This document shows, one piece after another, positions 38,816 to 48,600 of a stretch of 64,000 bases of DNA. A program made the position numbers and the translations under genes. Every line of letters starts with the position of its first letter. The stretch's first letter is position 1. The notes below the pieces were generated by a model. That model made no database searches and was not told where the DNA came from. It saw only the letters and a program-made list of their open reading frames with translations. Source of the DNA: Burkholderiaceae bacterium (GTDB taxonomy: Bacteria; Patescibacteriota; Saccharimonadia; Saccharimonadales; AQU-01); the NCBI GenBank assembly GCA_043788365.1, contig JAYVTZ010000001.1, positions 7,800-71,799 of the forward strand. The letters run 5' to 3'.

Positions 38816-39367
38816 ATGACCGGACTAGCAGAGCAAGGTGGCGAAGTAGCAAATAAAACAAATGAAGAGCTTCGACAAAGTGCATCTCTTGCTATACGTG
38901 ACCTAATTGACGGTATATCCAAGTTTGAAATGTCACGTGAGTATCGCTTAGCTCAAAAACTTAAAGGCGTCAATGATGATATTGGTGCGATTCGATCAGA
39001 CTTAAAAGAAGGCGAAGTTGCTCCTATAATTTTGCATGCTGAAGCAATGCACGTCGGTATCGCGGCCAGGATGGTCCAGTCACGCATCGATCCTGTGGAG
39101 GCCAATATGGTCAGCTATGCTTCTTCGTTACGGAGCGAACGCAGCCGCTTGTGGTACGACAAGACCGAGGACTCACCAGCAGAGCTTACTTTGCCACGTA
39201 TTGATCCAGGCGGTGATGCGCCAAAAACACCAGCGGCTATTCAAGCACTTACGATGCAGACGATTTCTGACAGAATTAACGTACCAGTTAACTTCATTGA
39301 GCCCAACCCAGAGCAGCCTGATGAGCCGATAGTTACTCGTTTTGTGCCAACACCAAAAGAACAATAA
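38816..39367 (+). CDS. hypothetical protein
   Basis: AGGGG lies 8 nt upstream of ATG 38816. The track start at 38798 is a GTG. No recognised motif. Confidence 0.65.
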   Translation: MTGLAEQGGEVANKTNEELRQSASLAIRDLIDGISKFEMSREYRLAQKLKGVNDDIGAIRSDLKEGEVAPIILHAEAMHVGIAARMVQSRIDPVEANMVSYASSLRSERSRLWYDKTEDSPAELTLPRIDPGGDAPKTPAAIQALTMQTISDRINVPVNFIEPNPEQPDEPIVTRFVPTPKEQ

Positions 39368-39400
39368 AACACGCTCAGTAAGGTGTGCTATACTTTTTAG

Positions 39401-40168
39401 ATGCCAAAGAAATCAACCAAAAAAGCCGACCAATATAATGACCCAGCTCACAATTATCTTCGCTACTGGGATGGTCGTGACTACGAAAACGCCGCCGAAG
39501 AAATGGCCATTAAACGCTTGCTCAAAGGCAAGCACTTTCATCATGCCGTTGATGTCGGTGGTGGCTACGGCCGACTCTGCTTGCTGCTAGAAAAATTCTC
39601 TGAAAGGGTTACACTTGCCGAGCCTAGTCAGCAACAATTAGATATTGCTAAGGATTTCCTAAAAGGCCACAAAACCATTGATAGTCAACTACTGCAAGCC
39701 GATGATTTGAAGTTCAAAGACGAGTCGATTGATTTACTAACGATGATTCGCGTCATGCATCATTTACCGGATCCAACAGCCGAATTTAAAGAGATTAATC
39801 GCATAATGCGTAACGATGGTTGGTTCATCTTAGAAATTGCCAATTATGCCCATGGCCGCAACCGCATCAAGTACGCCCTTAAGGGCAAGAGATTGCCGCA
39901 GGCCCCAGTTGATATCCGTTCCAAGGAAAATAAAAAGAAAGATGAAATTGCTTTTGTTAACCACAACCCTAAAACGGTCATTAAGCAGCTTGCCCACGCT
40001 GGCTTCAAAGTCGAGAGGATACTATCGGTCTCCAATCTTCGTTCGCCAGCCCTTAAAAAGGTTGTGCCAAAGTCAGTTATGTTAACAGTCGAAAATATTT
40101 TACAGCCAACACTTGCAAAGACCTTCTTTGGCCCGAGTGTATTCTTGTTAGTTAGAAAAGCTTCTTGA
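39401..40168 (+). CDS. class I SAM-dependent methyltransferase
   Basis: Motif I VDVGGGYGRL. Confidence 0.85.
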   Translation: MPKKSTKKADQYNDPAHNYLRYWDGRDYENAAEEMAIKRLLKGKHFHHAVDVGGGYGRLCLLLEKFSERVTLAEPSQQQLDIAKDFLKGHKTIDSQLLQADDLKFKDESIDLLTMIRVMHHLPDPTAEFKEINRIMRNDGWFILEIANYAHGRNRIKYALKGKRLPQAPVDIRSKENKKKDEIAFVNHNPKTVIKQLAHAGFKVERILSVSNLRSPALKKVVPKSVMLTVENILQPTLAKTFFGPSVFLLVRKAS

Positions 40169-40216
40169 TGTGACGGGAAAATTAGTTTAGTATTCCATAA
40201 AACCAAGGGGAGTTAT

Positions 40217-40657
40217 ATGGAACTTGATGTTAATGGAATATTTTTCGACTCGGCTGATGCTGGTGACCATGAATCAATATTAGTAATGAGAGCTGCTTGG
40301 GATAGATATACTGGCCACGACAAAAGGCGAGCTGCCGTTAAAGAATCCAAGGTCAGGGCACGTTATGATGCTGGCATGCCCCAGTTACCTGGTCAGGAAA
40401 AGCTCAGCCCGAGACTCCCAATTCAGAATCGGCTTTTGCCAAGTTTTATGAGAGGTACAGATGATCAAGGGGTCATAGCTCTAAACGCTGACGAGCTGCC
40501 TGCCATGATTTATGCCTTGAAAACAGCGCGACGCACCAATAAAGCGACAAAAACATTCACATATGGTAATCCAGAGGCCGTTGCCGAAAGCCTAATGGCT
40601 GTTTATAGAGAAAATTTTGCTCCTAAACCAGAGCCTGGACAAGAAGCAGTTTCATAA
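40217..40657 (+). CDS. hypothetical protein
   Basis: 146 aa. AGGGGAG SD. Confidence 0.65.
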   Translation: MELDVNGIFFDSADAGDHESILVMRAAWDRYTGHDKRRAAVKESKVRARYDAGMPQLPGQEKLSPRLPIQNRLLPSFMRGTDDQGVIALNADELPAMIYALKTARRTNKATKTFTYGNPEAVAESLMAVYRENFAPKPEPGQEAVS

Positions 40658-40685
40658 AAGTCCAGCCTTGGCCTAGACTAGACAT

Positions 40686-42719
40686 ATGACACTAGATTCG
40701 ATTGTAGTTGAAATTAATGGAATTGGTCCAGCCTTGGCCGAAAAGTTCAAGTCGGTTGGCATCACTACGATTTCTGACCTAGTCGATTATTACCCACGCC
40801 GTTATGACGATTATTCACATATCGAGACAATTTCCGCCATTCAACCTGGTGTCGTAACAATTCGGGCAGTTATCAAACAGGTCCGTGGTCGCTATGTTAA
40901 GCGCGGATTGCATATTACTGAAGCTGCGGCCAGCGACGAAACCGGTAGCGTTAGATTGGTTTGGTTTAATCAGCCTTATCGGGCAAATGCCATCAAGCCG
41001 GAAACTGAGTATTTTATTTCTGGTCAGTTTGAGCTAAAGTCTGGTCGACTGGCAATCATGAACGCTTCAATGGAGCTGGCTAGTGATTTCCCGGTCAGTA
41101 CGGCGCGGATAGTACCGATTTACCGCGAGACCAAGAATATTAAGTCGTTGCAAATTCGTCGGGCGCTGCGCGAAGTTGGCCCGCTGATTAGTAAATTGAC
41201 TGAAACTTTGCCGACTTGGCTTATTAAAGAGCAAAAACTGATGAGTAAAAGCGAGGCGATTATGGCGATTCACTTCCCGCGTGATGCTGACCATTTGGCA
41301 TTGGCCCAACGACGGCTGGGTTTTGAAGAAGTCTTCGAACTAACTCTGGCAAGTTTGCTAAATAAGTATGAATTACTCCAGGAACACGCTCTGTCGATTC
41401 CATTCAAACAAGAATTAGCTAAGCAATTCGTGTCACACCTTCCATTTAAGTTAACTGATGCTCAACGAGTCGTAATCTGGCAAACTTACCAAGACCTAGA
41501 AAAAACTCAACCGATGAATCGACTAATTGAAGGTGACGTCGGTTCTGGTAAAACTGTTGTGGCGACGATGGCGGCATTAATGGCGCTCGAGCAAGGCTAT
41601 CAAGTCGCATTAATGGCTCCAACTGAACTACTGGCTAGGCAGCATGCCGAAACAATCTACAAATTACTTGAACCCCTAGGTTATGCCGACCAAGTTGGTT
41701 TGCTAGTCGGTAGCCTAAAACCAGCCCAAAAGAAAATAGCTCAAGACAAGATTGCCAGTGGCGAAATTCGGCTGATGATCGGCACTCATGCCCTGATTCA
41801 AGAAAAAGTTGATATGCATAAACTTGGACTGATTATTGTTGATGAGCAGCATCGTTTTGGTGTCGAACATCGCAAGAAGCTCCAAGCCAAGGCTGGTCAC
41901 GCACTGCACGTGCTTAGTATGACGGCGACACCTATACCACGCAGCTTGGCGTTGACACTGTATGGTGAAATGGATATCTCAATAATAGATACTAAGCCAG
42001 TTGGACGAAAGACTATCATCACCAAGATTACTTCCCCAAATTCTCGCCCTGCTTTGTATGAAAAGATTGATAAGGAGTTAGAAGCTGGGCGTCAAATGTT
42101 TGTCGTGACACCATTAATTACCGATTCTGAAGTAGTTGTAGCAGCATCGGCAGAGAAGGTTTACGCAGATATGAAACTAGCTTTTGCTAATCGCCGCGTA
42201 GGGCTCATGCACGGCAAGCTAAAGTCAGACGATAAGAATGCGGTCATGGAGCAGTTTGTTAGCGGCGAGCTGGATATACTGGTGTCAACGACAGTGATTG
42301 AGGTTGGTGTCGATGTGCCGAACGCGACTGTTATGCTGATCGAGAATGCTGAACGTTTTGGTCTTGCTCAAGTACACCAGTTGCGTGGGCGGGTTGGTCG
42401 TAGTGATTATCAAGGCTATTGTTATCTGATGATGGGTGATTCGTCGGCGCCAAGTCGCCGACTTTTGGCACTTGAAAGCTCATCAGATGGTTTTGCATTG
42501 GCTGAACTAGATTTGCAGATTCGTGGTCCAGGGGCAATTTATGGCACGATGCAACACGGTCAGCTTGACCTCAGGATTGCCAAACTAACAGATATAAAAT
42601 TGATTGCCAGCGCCAGAAGTTCAGCCCAAAGGTTTATCGATGAAGGTGAAAATCTGTTACAATATGGTCATCTGGCTCAACGAGTTCAACACTTACGAGC
42701 AGTCACAAACCTAAACTAG
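40686..42719 (+). CDS. recG: ATP-dependent DNA helicase RecG
   Basis: 677 aa. Wedge domain, GDVGSGKT, DEQHRFG. Confidence 0.96.
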   Translation: MTLDSIVVEINGIGPALAEKFKSVGITTISDLVDYYPRRYDDYSHIETISAIQPGVVTIRAVIKQVRGRYVKRGLHITEAAASDETGSVRLVWFNQPYRANAIKPETEYFISGQFELKSGRLAIMNASMELASDFPVSTARIVPIYRETKNIKSLQIRRALREVGPLISKLTETLPTWLIKEQKLMSKSEAIMAIHFPRDADHLALAQRRLGFEEVFELTLASLLNKYELLQEHALSIPFKQELAKQFVSHLPFKLTDAQRVVIWQTYQDLEKTQPMNRLIEGDVGSGKTVVATMAALMALEQGYQVALMAPTELLARQHAETIYKLLEPLGYADQVGLLVGSLKPAQKKIAQDKIASGEIRLMIGTHALIQEKVDMHKLGLIIVDEQHRFGVEHRKKLQAKAGHALHVLSMTATPIPRSLALTLYGEMDISIIDTKPVGRKTIITKITSPNSRPALYEKIDKELEAGRQMFVVTPLITDSEVVVAASAEKVYADMKLAFANRRVGLMHGKLKSDDKNAVMEQFVSGELDILVSTTVIEVGVDVPNATVMLIENAERFGLAQVHQLRGRVGRSDYQGYCYLMMGDSSAPSRRLLALESSSDGFALAELDLQIRGPGAIYGTMQHGQLDLRIAKLTDIKLIASARSSAQRFIDEGENLLQYGHLAQRVQHLRAVTNLN

Positions 42720-42746
42720 ATAAGGAAAAAGTAGTACGAAGTTAGG

Positions 42747-42790
42747 TGGCTAGAAAAACTAGTCACTAGAAACTAACTACTAGATACTAT
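42747..42790 (+). repeat. heptamer array abutting the start of 42795..43676
   Basis: TGGCTAG aa AAACTAG TCACTAG AAACTAA CTACTAG ATACTAT, then aaaa ATG. Confidence 0.8.
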
Positions 42791-42794
42791 AAAA

Positions 42795-43676
42795 ATGTGG
42801 TCTGGAACAACTATAACAAAATTCTCGGGACGGATTTGGGGAGCGCACCAGAAGATTGATCGAGTAGCGCGCCGTCATTTGACGCGCCTAATTGATAACG
42901 ACCACAAATTTCCATCTAGTGGTAATATTCTGCATTTCGAGGGTCGCAATGGTCCGGATGGCATCAAGAACAAATCACCAGCTAAAGATGAGCCATGGCA
43001 TTATTACAGTCCATTTAAAGACGATAACGACAACTTCATCGCATTAATTACGAGCCATTATGACCAATTAGTAAAGGAACTAAAGGCGGTTAATAAAGAA
43101 CGTACCGCCTTTGAGGCGGCTTGGTTGGCACATGCTTTAGTTGATGGCCTGACTCCAGCCCATCACTACCCATACGAAGAAAAATTGACAGAAATCCGTG
43201 GTGGTGAAGGTATTGAAACACGTGACACATTAAAAAGTAAAATTATAATGCCCGGTGATACGAAGACCGAGATGATAAAGAATAACTGGAAGATGTGGGG
43301 TTTCGGTGGGCTGTTATCGACACACGGGTTTTTTGAATTTGGTGTCGCCAGTATTATTAAGCCGGTTAGTTTTGGTGAGGCGGTACCGACTGACCACGAC
43401 CGTGAGGTTATGCTCGAAATCGGTCCAGTTGAATGGTTCAAGCGTACGGCTCGTGAGATTGCCGTTCTTGACATGTTTGATCGCTACGTTGAGCGCGGTT
43501 GGACGGCCAAGTTAACAGTCGAAGTTAGACAAAGGCTAATCCCAGCCATTATCCAAACCGTGACTCTTACTTGGTATTCGGCCTTAGTAGAAGCTGGTAT
43601 TGTTGACAAGGCCTATAAACCAGTCACTCCAGTCACTCTTGTACGAACTAAAAAAGTGACCAAAAAGGCCACATAA
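42795..43676 (+). CDS. zinc-dependent phospholipase C / S1-P1 nuclease superfamily-like protein
   Basis: N-terminal MW...GAHQKIDRVA resembles mature PLC W1...H14. H-x3-D-x5-H (HALVDGLTPAH) has the same spacing as PLC H118/D122/H128. Confidence 0.55.
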   Translation: MWSGTTITKFSGRIWGAHQKIDRVARRHLTRLIDNDHKFPSSGNILHFEGRNGPDGIKNKSPAKDEPWHYYSPFKDDNDNFIALITSHYDQLVKELKAVNKERTAFEAAWLAHALVDGLTPAHHYPYEEKLTEIRGGEGIETRDTLKSKIIMPGDTKTEMIKNNWKMWGFGGLLSTHGFFEFGVASIIKPVSFGEAVPTDHDREVMLEIGPVEWFKRTAREIAVLDMFDRYVERGWTAKLTVEVRQRLIPAIIQTVTLTWYSALVEAGIVDKAYKPVTPVTLVRTKKVTKKAT

Positions 43677-44212
43677 TGCGAGTCATTGCCGGCAGTCTAG
43701 GCGGTCGCCAATTTGATGCCCCATCTGGCCACAAAACTCACCCAATGAGCGAAAAAGCTCGTGGTGGGTTATTTAATGCTCTGGGCGATATAGAAAACTT
43801 AACGGTTTTAGATGCTTTTAGTGGCACTGGGGCATTATCGTTTGAAGCCCTCAGCCGTGGTTCTGGTCACGTCACCGCAATTGATAGCGACAGAAATGCT
43901 GGTGATACAATAATTCGAAATATTAAATCGCTCAGCCTAGGTGGAAAAATTAAGCTAGTCAAAGCCAATGCCAGTGCTTGGTCGGATAATAATCCCAATC
44001 AATTGTTCGACTTAGTCTTCTGCGATCCGCCCTATGACGACATCAAAGAAGATTTATTAGAGAAATTATCACTCCATTCCAAGCTAGGCGGAGTGATTGT
44101 CTATTCACTACCGCCAGCCTCAGAATTCATCTTAAATTCATCTTTCTTTAATCTGTTAAGCCAGAAATCCTACGGCGATGCCCAGCTATATTTTTATCGA
44201 AAAACCGCGTAA
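43676..44212 (+). CDS. rsmD: 16S rRNA (guanine966-N2)-methyltransferase RsmD
   Basis: LDAFSGTGALSFEALSRG and DPPY motifs. Confidence 0.9.
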   Translation: MRVIAGSLGGRQFDAPSGHKTHPMSEKARGGLFNALGDIENLTVLDAFSGTGALSFEALSRGSGHVTAIDSDRNAGDTIIRNIKSLSLGGKIKLVKANASAWSDNNPNQLFDLVFCDPPYDDIKEDLLEKLSLHSKLGGVIVYSLPPASEFILNSSFFNLLSQKSYGDAQLYFYRKTA

Positions 44213-44221
44213 TATATAGCT

Positions 44222-44509
44222 ATGAGCAAGGACTACGCAACCAAACATGATGTTGAAGAAATCGTCGGCCGAGTAGTTGGTGTTGTCGTTGGAGGCATTG
44301 TCGGCGATGCCTTGCAGTTAATTTCTGAACGTTTCGACAAAGTCGACGAACGACTCGATAGACACGAAGTGTTACTTAACGAACATTCAACAATACTAGA
44401 AGATCACACTGATAAACTTTATCGAATCGAAAAGAAACTAGATACTACCATTGAAATAGTCGATGGCCATGGCATCCAACTCAAAAAACTAAAACACCTT
44501 ACAGCCTAG
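44222..44509 (+). CDS. small hypothetical coiled-coil protein
   Basis: 95 aa. Gly/Val-rich segment followed by heptad-like helices. Confidence 0.55.
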   Translation: MSKDYATKHDVEEIVGRVVGVVVGGIVGDALQLISERFDKVDERLDRHEVLLNEHSTILEDHTDKLYRIEKKLDTTIEIVDGHGIQLKKLKHLTA

Positions 44510-44519
44510 TACTATCGTC

Positions 44520-44528
44520 TGGTATAAT
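44520..44528 (+). promoter_or_regulatory. extended -10 box TGGTATAAT for tRNA-Leu
   Basis: 17 nt upstream of the mature tRNA 5' end. Confidence 0.55.
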
Positions 44529-44545
44529 AACCAAAGCTTAATTCT

Positions 44546-44630
44546 GCGGATGTGGTGGAATTGGTAGACACGCTAGCCTTAGGAGCTAGTGTCGCAAGAC
44601 GTGAAGGTTCAAGTCCTTTCATCCGCACCA
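44546..44630 (+). tRNA. tRNA-Leu (anticodon TAG), type II with long variable arm, CCA encoded
   Basis: Hand-folded. Acceptor GCGGATG/CATCCGC. Anticodon stem CTAGC/GCTAG with loop CTTAGGA. Variable arm GTCGCAAGAC. T-arm GAAGG-TTCAAGT-CCTTT. 85 nt. Confidence 0.93.
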
Positions 44631-44637
44631 TATTTAA

Positions 44638-44660
44638 AGCCCCTCGAAAGAGGGGTTTTA
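44638..44660 (+). terminator. rho-independent terminator after tRNA-Leu
   Basis: CCCCTC-GAAA-GAGGGG followed by TTTT. Confidence 0.8.
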
Positions 44661-44749
44661 AATATGGTACAAATTAAGTCTTGAACCTTCAGACCCGCTT
44701 TAGCGGGTGAAGGTTAGCCCGCGCGAAGCCGGACGCTGTCCTTTCATCC
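44650..44749 (+). repeat. direct repeat DR1 (tRNA T-arm-derived hairpin element ending in a copy of the tRNA 3' end)
   Basis: 44654-44724 is identical (71/71) to 44997-45067. Hairpin arms at 44684-44698 and 44703-44715. The 3' block CTGTCCTTTCATCC matches the tRNA 3' end. Confidence 0.9.
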
Positions 44750-44772
44750 CCATCATCTGTTAAGCTATAGTA

Positions 44773-44994
44773 ATGAGTTACGAGTTTTTGAGTAATTTAA
44801 GCGACGATGATGCTGCGAAACTTGTAGGTAAAGTTATTAATAGACTACCACATCATCATGGCCGAATCGGATCGGCAATCATGGAAGTCTTAGAATTTTC
44901 ACCACCAGAAGGCACAGATATTAATGCATTTAATGCAAGTGTCATGGGTGATGCGCTGAGAATAATAGGAGACAGCTCAGTCCCTGAGGAATAA
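44773..44994 (+). CDS. small hypothetical protein bracketed by DR1 and DR2
   Basis: 73-aa ORF. DR2 begins 1 nt after its TAA. Confidence 0.45.
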   Translation: MSYEFLSNLSDDDAAKLVGKVINRLPHHHGRIGSAIMEVLEFSPPEGTDINAFNASVMGDALRIIGDSSVPEE

Positions 44995-45096
44995 GAGGTT
45001 TTAAATATGGTACAAATTAAGTCTTGAACCTTCAGACCCGCTTTAGCGGGTGAAGGTTAGCCCGCGCCGTATGCACGACACTGTCCTTTCATCCGC
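44995..45096 (+). repeat. direct repeat DR2
   Basis: Same 71-nt core as DR1. Variable 13-nt segment, then CTGTCCTTTCATCCGC, of which 14 nt (GTCCTTTCATCCGC) are identical to the tRNA-Leu 3' end. Confidence 0.9.
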
Positions 45097-45184
45097 TCAA
45101 ATCATTAGATTCAATTCAACGCATCTTCTTTAGTCTGACAGGTTTATGAATAATATAATCATCACTGGTAGTCGAAACAATGAA

Positions 45185-45193
45185 TGATATAAT
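45185..45193 (+). promoter_or_regulatory. extended -10 box TGATATAAT, 6 nt upstream of ATG 45200
   Basis: Sequence tgatataat tttggt ATG. Confidence 0.45.
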
Positions 45194-45199
45194 TTTGGT

Positions 45200-45451
45200 A
45201 TGAATAGTATTGATGACAGTACTTATATTGGGGTAATTTTAGAAGAAGTCCGCGACCAGAACAAGCTAGTCCTTGAAGCAGTTGGTGATATGAAGAAGAA
45301 CATTGATAAAATACCTAAAATTGAGGCTGATGTCGTAGAGCTTAAGCAAGATATGAAAGTGGTTAAAGATGTGGTCAAAGATATTAGTGCGCATATAAAT
45401 AACCACGAACTCAGAATTACTAAACTTGAACTTGGCAGACGATCTATCTAA
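45200..45451 (+). CDS. small hypothetical coiled-coil protein
   Basis: 83 aa. Heptad-rich (VVELKQDMKVVKDVVKDI). Confidence 0.55.
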   Translation: MNSIDDSTYIGVILEEVRDQNKLVLEAVGDMKKNIDKIPKIEADVVELKQDMKVVKDVVKDISAHINNHELRITKLELGRRSI

Positions 45452-45585
45452 CTATTGAAATCAAATGTCAGAATCCGCAAAAATTTAATACGGGCAATTC
45501 TATTCAGAGCATACAAACAGGAACTGAGCTTACTAATAAGTCGTTCAGATAAGCTCTAGGGGTGTTGAAAAGAGCCAAAATCCTC

Positions 45586-45591
45586 TATAAT
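45586..45591 (+). promoter_or_regulatory. candidate -10 box TATAAT upstream of the giant surface-protein gene
   Basis: TTGAAA lies 15 nt upstream, which is short spacing. AAGG sits 7 nt before GTG 45633. Confidence 0.35.
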
Positions 45592-45632
45592 AATGCTTAA
45601 GATTAAGGGGTCTAAAAAGCTAAGGTTTAGAC

Positions 45633-48600
45633 GTGCAGAGGCCAGAGGGAAAAGGTAGAATCATTACCGACTTTACTCCTGTTAAAAAAGGAGCGGGGCA
45701 GGCAGTACCAAAAATCTTGGCCAAAAGTCCTGCAAAAAAGTTGCCGTTGCGAAATAGGCTAAAGCTCCGAGCCAGAAAACAAAAGCTTAAGCTGGCTAGA
45801 CTTGCCAAGCCGTCAAAGATACCTTTGATCAGGTTCACTCCTCGCACTCTCTCAGCCGGCATAATCATCCTAACCCTACTCGGCTTAATCATAGGCAACT
45901 CCCTCTACCAATCCTCCAAATACAAAATAAACCGCACTAAAGTAGCCTTCCTATCCCATAGCTCCATAGACACAACCTTCATCAAACAAGATAGTAAAAG
46001 CTTTAGCTACGACCGTAGCGCCGAACAATCTGCAATAAGTACTAACGACAAAGGCCAAAAACAACTAACTGTAGCTAGTCCAACTGACGCTACCGGCATA
46101 GACTCATACAAGGCCACCCTACCCAAGAATCCTAAAGACGGCATAACCTTTAGTGACTCTAAAGGTACTAATAGCTTTAACCTAAAACCACTAGACAAAG
46201 CTGTTAATTCATCTCTGCTTGGTGGTCGCCTAGATAGTGGCAATATAGTCTATCCAAGTAGTAACAACTCTAACGAGAAACACATCTATTCCTTCAAAAA
46301 GAACGGCATTAAGGAAGATATTCTCCTAACAGCCAAACCAAGCACTAAAGAACTAAACTACGCCTATACTCTAACCCTAAACTCTGACCAAGAAGCCAGA
46401 GCCAACCCAGACGGATCAATTGGCATCTACATTGCTAACCCAAACAATACAAGCTCAAACAGCACCAACCCAAACAATACAGCTAGTCAACCTAAAGACT
46501 ACCTTGTCTACGTCCTACCTAAACCCTTCATCATAGACAGCAGAGGAGTAAAGAACTATGAGGATGTCTTCTACAAGCTAGAAGCAAGCAAACAAACAAC
46601 AACAGGCAATAGCAACCAGACGGGAAACAACGGAACGAATGGCCAAGCTGGCAGCACCTACACCCTAACCCTAGAAGCTCTAAACATGCTAAACAAGAAC
46701 TATCCTCTAAGTATTGACCCTACTATTACAGTCACAACCACAGCTGACTTTAGACAAGGCTTAGACGATGGCATGCTAGACTACACCACCACGGCTGATC
46801 AAGTGGCGAGGGCGAATGTGTCATTGGGGACAATGGGAACAGCCACAACTCAAACTGCGGCATTTACAACCAAAAGATCGTCACCAACTGCATTAGCTTA
46901 TAATGGCTACGCTTATATATTCGGTGGATCATTTCAAAGTTCGCTCATACAATCAAGCGTCTATACTGATATACAGTATTGTCCAATCAACACCAACGGA
47001 AGCCTTGGGACATGCACGACAAACTCCACAGGATTAGCTGCCGCACCTGATCCTTGGGAGTCATTTATTTATAACGGCAGTATCTATAGCATTCTCGGTT
47101 TTGGCTTTGGCATGGTGCAACGATGTATTATCAATTCTAATGCTTCCGTTAGTCCGTGCACATTTCAGACTGGTATAAGTAACCTATCAAAACAGCCTCT
47201 TTTTCTTCACGATAATTTTTTGTTTACTATTTCAGCGGGGGATGTAAACAGATGCCCGTTCAATAGCGATGGATCAATAGGAAATTGTACAACCCAAAGC
47301 GCAGTTTATAATTCGAACTGGGGCGTGGCATCAGCAGAAATATATAATACTTGGCTTTACGTCACTAGCATTGATGTTAGCGGATTTATGAGTATGATGA
47401 TTTGTCGGATTAATCCGGACGAATCGGTAAGTAACTGTACTCATTCGGTTACATCTTTGGTTGGACGATCTGGATACGGATTAGCAGCATATAGAGGATA
47501 TTTATATATAATAGGCGGTCACGATTTTTTTGCTACGTTATACGATGTGGATGAAGCGCCAATTAATGCCGACGGGTCTATCGGCAGCTTAACGACTCTA
47601 AACATACTGAACACAAAACTTTCACTGATGGGGGCATTTATTTACGATGGATATCTGCATGTTATGGGTGGTAATTTTAAAAACGGTGGAACTTTTTTTA
47701 ATACTAATGATGCGGAGTATGTACCAATTAATACTGGCACGCCAACCTTTGGTACGGTCAGCTCTGCGACGCAGCAAACAAGCGCCTTTACGACAGCGCG
47801 CTATAACCAGACTTCTGTGGTCTACGACGGCTATCTCTATATCATTGGCGGCTGTCACGATGCAGCGTCGCCGCCGTGTGATGTGTTACTGAATGACATT
47901 CAGTACTGCCCGATAAATAGCGATGGCTCGATAGGCGCCTGTACTCAGCAGACCAACGCCTTTACTACGGCTAGGGCATACCACGCAACGGCGATACTCA
48001 ACGGCTATTTATATATTGTCGGCGGGCAAACCGGCGCTTTAACTGTCACGAACGATGTTCAATATTGCCAGATCAATAACAATCACTCTGTCGGTACATG
48101 CACTCAACAGACTAACGCCTTTACGACCGCCAGAATGAGCCATGCTTCTTTTGCCTATAACGGCTATTTATATATTGTCGGCGGCCAAAGCTTTGCGCCA
48201 ACCTCTGGCTGTACGCCGGTCGATTATTGTGACGATATCCAATATTGTCCAATAAATTCTAACGGCTCAGTTGGAGCCTGTACTCAGCAAACCTCTGCCT
48301 TTACAACCGCCCGTGATTTCCTTTCTTCGCTGACGTACAACGGCTATCTCTACATTGTTGGCGGTTTTAGTAACGGTGGAGCGTTAAATGATATTCAATA
48401 CTGCCCAATCAACTCTAATGGTTCAGTTGGGGCTTGTACCCAGCAGGCAGCGGCCTTCACTACTCCAAGATACAACCTGCGGTCGGTAGCCTATAATGGC
48501 TATTTGTATATAATTGGCGGCCAAGATAACGCCAGTATCCCGTTAAGTGATTTGCATCATTGCCCCATAAATAGTAACGGCTCAATAGGTACATGTACTC

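Noticed and set aside
44650-44749. DR1 and DR2 considered as extra tRNA genes or tRNA pseudogenes.
   Set aside because: Only T-arm and 3'-acceptor-like pieces are present. There is no 5' acceptor strand, D-arm or anticodon arm, so they were reported as tRNA-derived repeats.
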